From an uncultured Candidatus Rokubacteria bacterium (GTDB lineage: Bacteria; Methylomirabilota; Methylomirabilia; Rokubacteriales; CSP1-6): a stretch of DNA of 64,000 bases. Location of the stretch: NCBI GenBank assembly GCA_963747235.1, contig CAVVEU010000014.1, positions 192,001 through 256,000 of the forward strand, read 5' to 3'. Positions within the stretch are counted from its first letter, which is position 1. Each line of letters starts with the position of its first letter. Under the pieces are notes generated by a model. It saw only the letters and a list, made by a program, of their open reading frames with translations. It had not been told where the DNA came from and ran no database searches. The position numbers and the translations under genes are program-made. Positions 42,655 through 51,018 of the stretch are shown in pieces.

Positions 42655-44154
42655 TTGAAGACGCTGCGCCCGTCCGCCGTGCTCGCCTCCCTCGCCCGCA
42701 TCGCCTCCGCCTTCACGATCCCGCAGTCCGGCGAATCGCTCCCGGCCTCGAGCCCCGCGCTGACCGGCGCGCCCGGACCGGACCGCGCCACGGGCCAGCC
42801 TCCGACGCCCGGACGCCCGCTGCGCCGCTCGCTGAACGCCGCGGTGGCGGAGGGCGCCTTCGCGGAAATCTTTGCCGCCTGCGCCACCGGCGCCGTCATC
42901 ACCGGCTGGGCGCTCTATCTGGGCGCGAGCGCCGCGGTGATCGGGCTCCTGGGCGCGTTGCCGTTCGGCGCCCAGGTGGCAAGCCTGCCCGCCGCCTGGT
43001 TCACGAGCGCGCGCAGCCGCAAGACGGTGGCCCTCTGGGCCGTCGGCATCTCGCGCCTGACGTTCCTCCCGCTCCTCGCCCTGCCGACGCTGGACGTGGA
43101 GCCCGCGGCCAAGCTCCACCTCTTCCTCGCGATCGTCGCGATCAGCACGGTGGCGAGCGTGATCGGCAACAGCGCCTGGGTGGCCTGGATGGGCGACCTC
43201 GTGCCGGATCGCCTGCGCGGGCGCTTCTTCGGGCGCCGGACCATCTTCCTCAGCATCGCGGGCACGCTGACCTCGCTCGGCGCCGCGATCCTGCTGGACC
43301 GCCTCGCGCCGATCGGCTGGACCGGCGTCGCGCTCTCGGCCCTGACCGCCGTCGCCTTCCTGGCCGGCGTGGTCAGCGTGCTGCTGATGCGCCGCCAGAG
43401 CGAGCCGCCCATGGCCGCCGAGCCCGCCGCGTCGGCGTGGCAGGCGCTCGGGCACGCGCTGCGCGATCGGCGCGCGCGGCCCTTCCTGGGCTACCTGTTT
43501 GCCTGGAACGCGGCGGTGGGCATCTCGGCCAGCTTCTTCGCGTATCACATGCTGACGAACCTCCACACCGGCTTCCTGGTGGTGGCCGCCCACGGCGTCG
43601 GCGTGGCGGCGGTGCGCATCGCCTCGGCCCGGTTCTGGGGCCGCGCGGTGGACCGCATCGGCGCGGGCCCCGTCGTGATCTTCTGCTCCTTCGGCATCGC
43701 GGCGGTGCCGCTCACCTGGTTCTTCGTGACGCCGGACCGCCTCTGGCCGATTGCGCTGGACGCCGTCTTCGCCGCCTTCCTCTGGTCGGGGCACAACATC
43801 GCCGCCTTCGACCTGACCATCGGCCTGGCTCCGCGCGCGTCGCGCCCGTTCTACCTGGCCGCCTTCGCCACCGCGGGCGGCCTGGGCTTCGGCCTGGCCT
43901 CGGTGCTGGCCGGCCAGCTCGCCGCGCTCGTGCCCGTCCACTTCGTGTTGGCCGGCGAGGCGTGGACCAACCTGCACGTGCTCTTCCTGCTCTCCGCGGT
44001 GGGCCGCCTGGCTTCCGCCACGCTGTCGCTCCGCCTGCACGACCCGGGCGCCCGCGGCGACGTCCGCGAGCTGGTCCGCGCCCTCGCGGATCGCACCGGC
44101 CTCGGCGTCGTCCGCCCGTACCTGCCCGCGTTCGCCCGGCTCGCCCGCCGCTGA
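42655..44154 (+). CDS. MFS transporter
   Basis: About 12 TM helices, WMGDLVP..RGRFFG.R, WGRAVDRIG. Confidence 0.85.
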   Translation: MKTLRPSAVLASLARIASAFTIPQSGESLPASSPALTGAPGPDRATGQPPTPGRPLRRSLNAAVAEGAFAEIFAACATGAVITGWALYLGASAAVIGLLGALPFGAQVASLPAAWFTSARSRKTVALWAVGISRLTFLPLLALPTLDVEPAAKLHLFLAIVAISTVASVIGNSAWVAWMGDLVPDRLRGRFFGRRTIFLSIAGTLTSLGAAILLDRLAPIGWTGVALSALTAVAFLAGVVSVLLMRRQSEPPMAAEPAASAWQALGHALRDRRARPFLGYLFAWNAAVGISASFFAYHMLTNLHTGFLVVAAHGVGVAAVRIASARFWGRAVDRIGAGPVVIFCSFGIAAVPLTWFFVTPDRLWPIALDAVFAAFLWSGHNIAAFDLTIGLAPRASRPFYLAAFATAGGLGFGLASVLAGQLAALVPVHFVLAGEAWTNLHVLFLLSAVGRLASATLSLRLHDPGARGDVRELVRALADRTGLGVVRPYLPAFARLARR

Positions 44155-44172
44155 GCCCACCCCTCGAGCGAA

Positions 44173-44207
44173 CCCTCTCCCCTCGGGGGAGAGGGCAGGG
44201 TGAGGGG
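44173..44207 (-). repeat. REP-like palindromic element, copy
   Basis: CCCTCTCCCCTCGGGGGAGAGGGCAGGGTGAGGGG. Confidence 0.9.
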
Positions 44208-44236
44208 CTCCCGCGGTAGCGTCACCGAATAGCGAA

Positions 44237-44507
44237 GCCACAGCGGCCGGAGATCGACGAGACCGAACAGGTGATTCGGAACCTTGAAGCCGCCGGGGTT
44301 CTCCAGGCCGCGACCCGGCGCGGCCCGATGCGCCCGTGGCGTCCCCGCCGGCTACGGGGCGCACCGCTCGCCCAGACTGTCGAAGAGGGGCGCGAACCCC
44401 GGTAGTCCTGTCACCACTCGGCCCCTCACGATTCGGCCCCTCACCCGAACCCTCTCCCCAGAGGGGAGAGGGTTCGGGGCGCGTTGCTCGGCTCGTCCCC
44501 GCGTGGC
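44237..44507. ncRNA. Long rod-like structured RNA, possibly 6S RNA (ssrS)-like, interrupted by a REP; minus strand slightly favoured
   Basis: Nested stems GCCAC/GTGGC, GCGG/CCGC, GACGAG/CTCGTC, CCGAACA/TGCTCGG, GGTGA/TCACC, CCGGGGTTC/GAACCCCGG, TGCGCCC/GGGCGCA; intergenic; more mismatches resolve as G-U on the minus strand. Confidence 0.45.
44419..44478 (+). repeat. REP-like element with duplicated tail, inside the structured RNA
   Basis: CGGCCCCTCAC GATT CGGCCCCTCAC CCGAACCCTCTCCCCAGAGGGGAGAGGGTTCGGG. Confidence 0.85.
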
Positions 44508-44526
44508 ATAGTGGCGGCCCGCGCCC

Positions 44527-46884
44527 ATGAGCGACCCGATCTCCGTCCAGAAATTCGCGATGGGCCAGTCCGTCTCGCGCCTCGAGGACCCGCGCCTGGT
44601 CCAGGGGCTCGGCCGCTACTCCGACGACGTGAACCTCCCGCGCCAGGCCTACGCAGTGGTGGTGCGCTCGCTCCACGGGCACGCGCGGATCCGCGGCATC
44701 GATCCGGCCGCCGCGCTCCGGGCGCCCGGCGTGGTCGCGGTGCTCACCGGCGCCGATCTGGCCGCCGACGGCCTCGGCAACCTGCCGACCGACGGCTCGC
44801 GCAAGCGCCGCGACGGCGCGCCCGCCTTCCCCACCCCGCGGCCCGCGCTGATCCGGGAGCGCGTCCGCCACGTGGGCGACCCGATCGCGCTCGTGGTGGC
44901 TACGACCCCGGAAGGCGCGGCCGACGCCGCGGAGCTGGTCGCCGTCGACTACGAGCCCCTGCCCCCCGTCTCGGGCGCCACGCGCGCCACGACCGGCGGC
45001 GCGCCCGCGGTCTGGGACGAGGCGCCCGACAACGTGGCCTTCGTCTGGGAGGCCGGCTCGCGCGACGCGGTGACGCGCGCCTTCGCGGGCGCCGCGCACG
45101 TCACGCGCCTCGATTTCGTCGTGACGCGCGTGGCCGCCGCGCCGATGGAGCCGCGCGCCGCGGTCGGCGAGTTCGATCGCCGTACCGGCCGCTACACGCT
45201 CCACACCGGCATCCAGGGCCCGCACGGGCTCCGCTCGATCCTCGCCGAGCAGATCTTCCGCGTGCCGCACGGGCAGGTCCGCGTGATCACCAGCGAGGTC
45301 GGCGGCAGCTTCGGCATGCGCAGCGGCATCTACCCGGAGCTGGTGCTGGTCCTCTGGGCCGCGAAGCGCCTCGGGCGGCCGGTGAAGTGGACGTCGAGCC
45401 GCCGCGAGGCGTTTCTCAGCGACGAGCACGGCCGCGACAACGTGACCACGGCCGAGCTGGCGCTCGACGCAGGCGGTCGCTTTCTCGGCCTGCGCGTGGC
45501 GCTCAAGGTGGACATCGGCGCCTATCTCACGCCGCGCAGCGCGGGCCCCGCGACCAACAACGTGGGCGGCCTCGCCGGCGTCTACACCACGCCCGCGATC
45601 CACATCGAGAGCACCGGCGTGTTCACCAACACCACGCCCACCGGCCCGTACCGTGGCGCCGGGCGCCCCGAGGCGACCTACGCGATCGAGCGCGTCATCG
45701 ACGTCGCCGCGCGCGAGCTCGGCATCGATCCCGTCGAGCTGCGCCGCCGCAACCTGATCCCGTCCTCCGCGATGCCGTTCAAGACCGGCCTCGTCTTCAC
45801 CTACGACTGCGGCGACTTCGAGCGGAGCATGACGATGGCGCTGACCCAGTCCGATCGCGCGGGCTTCGAGCGGCGCCGGGCCGAGGCGCGCGCGCACGGC
45901 AAGCTCCTGGGCCTCGGCATCGCGAACCCGATCGAGGTGGCGGGCGGCCCCTACACCGCGGTCAATCCCGACACCGCGGAGGTGCGCGTCAACCCGGACG
46001 GCTCCGTCTCGCTCTTCGCGGGCTCGACGTCCATGGGCCAGGGCAACGAGACGGCCTTCACCCAGATCGTGAGCGATCGGCTCGGGCTGCCGCCGGACCG
46101 CATCCAGGTCTTCTCGGGCGACAGCGACGCGCTGGACGCGGGCCGGGGCAACGGCGGCTCGGGCGCCATCTCGGTCGGCGGCTCCGCGGTGCTGCGCGCC
46201 ACCGAGAAGACGATCGAGCGCGGCCGCCGCATCGCCGCGCACCTGCTGGAAGCGGCGCCCGAGGACGTCACGCTGCGCGCCGGGCGCTTCGTCGTCGCCG
46301 GCACCGACCGCGACGTCGCGTGGAGCCGCGTGGCCCGCACCGCGTATCAGCCGCGCGCGCTGCCGGCCGGGCTCGAGCCCGGCTGGAGCGACACCGCCGC
46401 GTTCACGCCGCCCGCGGTCACCTTCCCCAACGGCTGCCACGTCTGCGAGGTCGAGGTGGACCCGGAGACCGGCATGGTGCGCGTGCTCCGCTACACCGTG
46501 GTGGACGACGTGGGCCGCATGATCAACCCGCTGCTGGTGAAGGGGCAGATCCACGGCGGCGCGGTCCAGGGCCTGGGCCAGGGCCTGGCCGAGGTGCTGA
46601 CCTACGACGAGGCCGGCCAGGTACTCTCCGGCTCCTTCATGGACTACGTGATGCCGCGGGCCGACGAGGTGCCGCTGTTCGACGTGGACGCCCACGAGGT
46701 CCCGACCCGGGTGAACCCCCTGGGCGCCAAGGGCGTGGGCGAGGCCGGCACGGTGGGGGCCCTGCCCGCGCTGATGAACGCGGTCAACGACGCCCTGGCC
46801 CACCTCGGGGTCCGGCACCTCGACATGCCCGTGAGCCCCGAGCGTGTCTGGCAGGCCATCCGCGCCGCCGGTGACGCCAGGTAG
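44527..46884 (+). CDS. Xanthine dehydrogenase/CoxL-like Mo-binding large subunit
   Basis: RLEDPRL, VGGSFG, PYRGAGRPE, GQGNET, GQIHGG, KGVGEAG. Confidence 0.92.
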   Translation: MSDPISVQKFAMGQSVSRLEDPRLVQGLGRYSDDVNLPRQAYAVVVRSLHGHARIRGIDPAAALRAPGVVAVLTGADLAADGLGNLPTDGSRKRRDGAPAFPTPRPALIRERVRHVGDPIALVVATTPEGAADAAELVAVDYEPLPPVSGATRATTGGAPAVWDEAPDNVAFVWEAGSRDAVTRAFAGAAHVTRLDFVVTRVAAAPMEPRAAVGEFDRRTGRYTLHTGIQGPHGLRSILAEQIFRVPHGQVRVITSEVGGSFGMRSGIYPELVLVLWAAKRLGRPVKWTSSRREAFLSDEHGRDNVTTAELALDAGGRFLGLRVALKVDIGAYLTPRSAGPATNNVGGLAGVYTTPAIHIESTGVFTNTTPTGPYRGAGRPEATYAIERVIDVAARELGIDPVELRRRNLIPSSAMPFKTGLVFTYDCGDFERSMTMALTQSDRAGFERRRAEARAHGKLLGLGIANPIEVAGGPYTAVNPDTAEVRVNPDGSVSLFAGSTSMGQGNETAFTQIVSDRLGLPPDRIQVFSGDSDALDAGRGNGGSGAISVGGSAVLRATEKTIERGRRIAAHLLEAAPEDVTLRAGRFVVAGTDRDVAWSRVARTAYQPRALPAGLEPGWSDTAAFTPPAVTFPNGCHVCEVEVDPETGMVRVLRYTVVDDVGRMINPLLVKGQIHGGAVQGLGQGLAEVLTYDEAGQVLSGSFMDYVMPRADEVPLFDVDAHEVPTRVNPLGAKGVGEAGTVGALPALMNAVNDALAHLGVRHLDMPVSPERVWQAIRAAGDAR

Positions 46885-46967
46885 TTCCTACAGACCAGAA
46901 GCGTCAGGCGCAAAACAACCCCCACCGCGGCGAAGCGCAAGTCTGCATGGCTACATCATTTTCTGCG

Positions 46968-46983
46968 TGGCACCGGCGATGCA
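46968..46983 (+). promoter_or_regulatory. Putative sigma54 promoter
   Basis: TGGCAC-CGGCG-ATGCA upstream of the response regulator. Confidence 0.6.
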
Positions 46984-46996
46984 CTATAGCGGGTGC

Positions 46997-47392
46997 GTGG
47001 GACTCCTGGTCACCGCGCAGATCACCACCGGACGCATCCTCGTCGTCGATGACGACCAGAGGGCACGAGACTTCATGGTCTCGAGCCTGCGCGCCGACGG
47101 CCACGAGGTGGACGCCAGCGGCAACGGCTTCGAGGCCCTCCGCCTGCTCGGCCGGAAGTGCTACGACCTGATCGTGTCCGACCTGATGATGCCCGAGGTC
47201 GACGGCCCGAGCCTCTACTCGGCGGTCACGAGCCGCTGGCCGAGCAACCCGCCGCACTTCGTGTTCGTCTCCGGGCTCGCCAACAACGCCGCCTTCGAAG
47301 GCTTCCTGAAGGTGATCCACGCGCCCTTGCTGCCCAAGCCGTTCAAGGTCGCCGCCCTCCGCCGCGCCATCAAACGCATCCTCCAGCCCTAA
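46997..47392 (+). CDS. Single-domain response regulator (start approximate)
   Basis: ILVVDDD, SDLMMPEVDG, VSG, LPKPF. Confidence 0.88.
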   Translation: MGLLVTAQITTGRILVVDDDQRARDFMVSSLRADGHEVDASGNGFEALRLLGRKCYDLIVSDLMMPEVDGPSLYSAVTSRWPSNPPHFVFVSGLANNAAFEGFLKVIHAPLLPKPFKVAALRRAIKRILQP

Positions 47393-47427
47393 CCCTCTCC
47401 CCATTGGGGAGAGGGCAGGGTGAGGGG
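47393..47427 (-). repeat. REP-like element directly abutting a stop codon
   Basis: CCCTCTCCCCATTGGGGAGAGGGCAGGGTGAGGGG. Confidence 0.9.
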
Positions 47428-47507
47428 CCGCTCGGTAACCCGCACCCAGCACTCTCGCATCCCGGGGCCGGCCACCAAATAGCCCGCGAGACGCGGGCGT
47501 CGCGCAG

Positions 47508-47984
47508 CTAGGCGGCCAGCCGCCACTGCGCGAGCGACGCCCGCGCCTCTCCCCCGCTCTTGTCCGGCACGATCGCCAGCTCCAGCACCGTCACGCCCGC
47601 CAGCTCCACGCGGTAGTCCTCCGCCTCGCGAATCGTGTCCGGCGGCCCGAAGTTCCACTGCTGGCGGAGGATCTCGCGGAACGACCGCCCGCCGTCCGGC
47701 GACCAGCGCAGCACGAACTCCTGCGTGCGCGTCGTGTCCGGCTCGATGAAGAGCAGCCACATGCGGCTCAGGCGCTGCGGCCGGTCGAAGATGAGCCGGA
47801 TCGTCTGCTCGCCGGGCCGCGCGGCGCGCCACCCGGACTCCTCGCCGGGCACCAGCGCGGATTCGACTGGATATGCGATGTCCTCGGACGTCACCTCGAC
47901 CTGGGCGATCTGCTCCAGGTCGAGCCACTCGGGTTCGGGGACCTCGGTGCTCTGCGGGACCGGGCTCGTTACACGCTTGCGCAT
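47508..47984 (-). CDS. Discoidin/F5-8-like (galactose-binding-domain-like) conserved protein
   Basis: EVTSE..YPVESAL..GWRAA..GEQTIRLIFD..RTQEF..RQQWNF; GGAGG SD. Confidence 0.65.
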   Translation of the reverse strand: MRKRVTSPVPQSTEVPEPEWLDLEQIAQVEVTSEDIAYPVESALVPGEESGWRAARPGEQTIRLIFDRPQRLSRMWLLFIEPDTTRTQEFVLRWSPDGGRSFREILRQQWNFGPPDTIREAEDYRVELAGVTVLELAIVPDKSGGEARASLAQWRLAA

Positions 47985-48131
47985 GATTCGCCTCCTCTCT
48001 CGATCAGTCGCTGCTCACCCAGTGTCCCGCCGCTTTCGGCCTCGCGCTACTTGTAGAAATTACACGACGTTCTTACCGGCCGAGCGCACGCCGCGCTCCA
48101 TATCGTCGCGTCAATGCGCACTTGTTGGCCC

Positions 48132-48146
48132 CGGCACGGGCGTTGC
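48132..48146 (+). promoter_or_regulatory. Putative sigma54 promoter
   Basis: CGGCAC-GGGCG-TTGC upstream of AGGAGG SD and ATG 48173. Confidence 0.6.
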
Positions 48147-48172
48147 CTCCACAACTTGAGAGGAGGCACACC

Positions 48173-48364
48173 ATGGAGGGCTTCATCGAAGGACCGTGCC
48201 CCCGCTGTGGCCGGCCGCTCAAGGCGATTCATACCGTCAGCCAGCACGGGCGCCCAAGCGTCGCGCTGCTCGAGTGCGCGCGCTGTCGTTACACGTGCCA
48301 GGCGGTGGTCCCCGGTCTGTGGCCGGACGAGGCCTTTCCACGAACCCGATCTCCAACGAGGTGA
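48173..48364 (+). CDS. Small zinc-ribbon protein (63 aa)
   Basis: CPRC...CARC, strong SD. Confidence 0.6.
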   Translation: MEGFIEGPCPRCGRPLKAIHTVSQHGRPSVALLECARCRYTCQAVVPGLWPDEAFPRTRSPTR

Positions 48365-48367
48365 CCC

Positions 48368-48637
48368 ATGGTCGAGAGAAAGCAGTTTCCGGCGGGAGAC
48401 TACAACATCGCGGTGGCCGCCGAGCGCATGAAGGACGGGAAGTGGTCGGCCGTCTCGACCATTCAGCAATCCACGGCCACCGGTGAGCGCAACATCGATC
48501 TCCCCATCAGCGACGCGCGGTTCGCCACCGAGGAAGAGGCCGAGAAGTTCGAGGTGAGCCGCGCGCACGAGTGGATCGAGAAGAACGCGCCGCGGCTCAT
48601 CGCGCTGCTCGTGTTCCTCTACGCCTGGCCGGCATGA
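48368..48637 (+). CDS. Small hypothetical protein
   Basis: GAGGTG SD, coding-like codon use, FATEEEA..WIE motif. Confidence 0.65.
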   Translation: MVERKQFPAGDYNIAVAAERMKDGKWSAVSTIQQSTATGERNIDLPISDARFATEEEAEKFEVSRAHEWIEKNAPRLIALLVFLYAWPA

Positions 48638-48753
48638 CGCGGTAGGAAAGACCTTCCGACTTCGGGACGGAATTTTCTACCGGCTCGCCGATCGCCCCGC
48701 CGACGGCTGCCGGGATTCCGCGCCCTTGTAGAGCGTTTGTAGGCTCGGGCGAG

Positions 48754-48768
48754 TGGCACAGGCATTGC
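48754..48768 (+). promoter_or_regulatory. sigma54 promoter (consensus match)
   Basis: TGGCAC-AGGCA-TTGC, followed by AAGGAG SD. Confidence 0.75.
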
Positions 48769-48805
48769 CCCTTCAGGCACCCACGACGTAACAAGGAGAG
48801 CCAGC

Positions 48806-49066
48806 GTGCCTGAAATCCATCAAACTTCCGACCCGGCTGCCAAGCGACGCAGCACCCATGCCGCCACCCGGACGGCCGAGCTGCTGGCGGAGCTCGGCCC
48901 GAACAGTGATCTCATGTGGCTGATCGAGCGTGTGGCGCGAACGAATCTCCCCTGGGTCGTCATTCCCGGCGGCGCAATCACCGCGTGGGGCGAGCGAGAT
49001 CCAGCCGGGTGGGAGAAGGTGTCGGACTGGCTGGCCAGTCGGGGTGTCGCCATCGTGCGGATCTGA
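48806..49066 (+). CDS. Small hypothetical protein
   Basis: AAGGAG SD before GTG, 86 aa. Confidence 0.6.
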   Translation: MPEIHQTSDPAAKRRSTHAATRTAELLAELGPNSDLMWLIERVARTNLPWVVIPGGAITAWGERDPAGWEKVSDWLASRGVAIVRI

Positions 49067-49098
49067 GGGGCCCCGTCTCGGTCGCTGAAGGGATAGCG

Positions 49099-51018
49099 AT
49101 GGGTGTCCCGTTTCAGTCGTTTGCTGCGCTCGGTCTCACCCTGGCCACCGCGGGGCTCGCTCATGCGCAGGACGCCACGGTGCTCGATCTCGTCCGGGCG
49201 GACCTGGCGGCGGGGGTGTATGCCCAGGCGCAGTCGCGTGCGGATATCGTCCTGCGCCGTCGTATCCCTTCGGACCTGCGGCCGACGGCTCTCGTCCTCT
49301 CGGGCGACGCCGCGTACGGGCTGGGCGCCTATCGCCTGGCCGCCGAGCGGTACGCCGAGGCCCTGCAGAGTGACGAGCTGCCACCGGACGCGCCGCACGC
49401 CACTCTCGCGCTGGGCTGGGCCGAGCTGCGCCTGGGGCGTCGCGAGGACGCGCGCCGGACGTGGATGCGCGTCGCCCGGCAGTTCCCGGCGGCCCCGGAG
49501 GCGCCCATCGCGCTGATCCTGGCCGCGGAGCTCTCCGCCAGGACCGGCGAGACGGTGGTGGCGCGCAAGCTCCTCGATCGGGTGCTGGAGGGCCATCCGG
49601 CCACCCCGGCCGCGGAGATCGCGCGCCTGAGCCGCTCGATCATGGCCCTGCGTGACGGGCGCATGGCGGAAGGCGCGCGGGGCCTGCGCATCCTCGCCCG
49701 ATCCGGCGGCCCATCGGTGCCGGCGGAGCGCCGGAAGCTCCTCGACGGGCTCATGGACCCGGGGACCCGGGCCGGGCCTGAGCGCCAGATGCTCCTGACG
49801 GATCGCTATGCGGCAAGGCCCACCGGGCCGACCGCGACCAGCGCGGTCGCGACGCCACAGACGGTCGGGAAGCTCGAGCGATTCGCCGCCCCGTTCCTCG
49901 ACGGCGCCGGCGACCCGGACACCGCGGCGCGTGTGCTCCACACCCTGCTCCTCCTGGCGGTCGAGGACAAGGCGTGGGCGGAGGTGGAAACGCTGGCCGC
50001 TCGCCTCATCGACCGATTCCCCAGCTACGCCCCGGCGCCCGAGCTGCTGATCCAGGTAGCGGGCCAGGCCGCCGCCGAGCAGCAGTGGCCCATCGTCCGG
50101 ACAGGCTACGAGTACGCGATCGCGCGATCCGGACACGCGGCGCTGGACGCCCGGGCCCAGGTCGACTTCGCCGAGGCGCTGTTCCGGACGGGCGACACGG
50201 CCCAGGCCCGCACGCAGCTCACACGCTTCATCGACACCACGCCCCGAGCGCCGGAATCACCCCGGGCGCTCTACCTCCTGGCCAAGGTGAGCGAGGCGGT
50301 CGATCACCCGAGCGAGGCTCTGGCCGCATACGAGCACCTGCGGCGCGACTTCCCGCGCACCGAGTGGGCCACGCAGAGCCTGCTGCCCCATGCTCGCCTG
50401 CTTCAGCAGGCCGACGGACGGCACAAGCAGGCCCGGGCCCTGCTCGAGGACATCGTGCAGCGCACTCAAGGCGAGGAGCTCACCGAGGCGTCCTTCCGGC
50501 TCGCCCAGGTCCTGGCCGCCGAAGGCGCGCATCCGCGCGCGGTGGACTGGTACATGGCCGCCGCGTACGGCACCGCCGACCGCTCACGCTGGTATCGGCC
50601 CGCCTTGCTGGGCGCCGGCCGCTCGCTGCTCGCGCTGAAGCGCACGCCGGCCGCGCTCGCGGTGTATCGCAATATCCTGCCGTCACCGCCGATCGGCCCC
50701 CTGCCCCGAGACGGCCGCCCCACCCCGGAGCTCCTCGCGCAGGTCGAGGAGCCGGAGCTGGTGGCCGAGGCCGCGTATCAGATCGCCGAGATCGCGCGGG
50801 CCGCCGGCCGCCACGAGGAGGCCGTCGACATGTACCTGACCGCCGCCTACCTGGCGCCCGAATCCCAGGGCCGCGCGCTCATGGGGGCGGTGCGATCGCT
50901 CGTCGCGGTCGGCGACCAGGCCGCGGCAGAGGCGGTCTTCCGACGGCTCGCGGAATCGAGCGGCGAGGAGCCCGAGATCCTCACCCAGCCGAGCAAGGTA
51001 TTCGGGCCCGGGCGCTAG
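49099..51018 (+). CDS. Secreted TPR-repeat protein (BamD/YbgF-like repeats)
   Basis: Signal peptide (GLAHA-Q), many TPR-like repeats ending in FP/P. Confidence 0.8.
   Translation: MGVPFQSFAALGLTLATAGLAHAQDATVLDLVRADLAAGVYAQAQSRADIVLRRRIPSDLRPTALVLSGDAAYGLGAYRLAAERYAEALQSDELPPDAPHATLALGWAELRLGRREDARRTWMRVARQFPAAPEAPIALILAAELSARTGETVVARKLLDRVLEGHPATPAAEIARLSRSIMALRDGRMAEGARGLRILARSGGPSVPAERRKLLDGLMDPGTRAGPERQMLLTDRYAARPTGPTATSAVATPQTVGKLERFAAPFLDGAGDPDTAARVLHTLLLLAVEDKAWAEVETLAARLIDRFPSYAPAPELLIQVAGQAAAEQQWPIVRTGYEYAIARSGHAALDARAQVDFAEALFRTGDTAQARTQLTRFIDTTPRAPESPRALYLLAKVSEAVDHPSEALAAYEHLRRDFPRTEWATQSLLPHARLLQQADGRHKQARALLEDIVQRTQGEELTEASFRLAQVLAAEGAHPRAVDWYMAAAYGTADRSRWYRPALLGAGRSLLALKRTPAALAVYRNILPSPPIGPLPRDGRPTPELLAQVEEPELVAEAAYQIAEIARAAGRHEEAVDMYLTAAYLAPESQGRALMGAVRSLVAVGDQAAAEAVFRRLAESSGEEPEILTQPSKVFGPGR

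Noticed and set aside
44237-44526. Moco riboswitch, SRP RNA or tmRNA upstream of the Mo-enzyme gene
   Set aside because: No recognisable Moco-motif sequence, SRP GGAA-loop/GCAGC core or tRNA-like ends; kept only as an unassigned or 6S-like structure
42538-46818. Very long antisense or alternate-frame ORFs (1426 aa here; also 23335-26391, 55292-58924, 5438-7546)
   Set aside because: Shadow ORFs typical of high-GC coding DNA; Arg/Gly/Ala-rich with no motifs, opposite or overlapping well-supported genes
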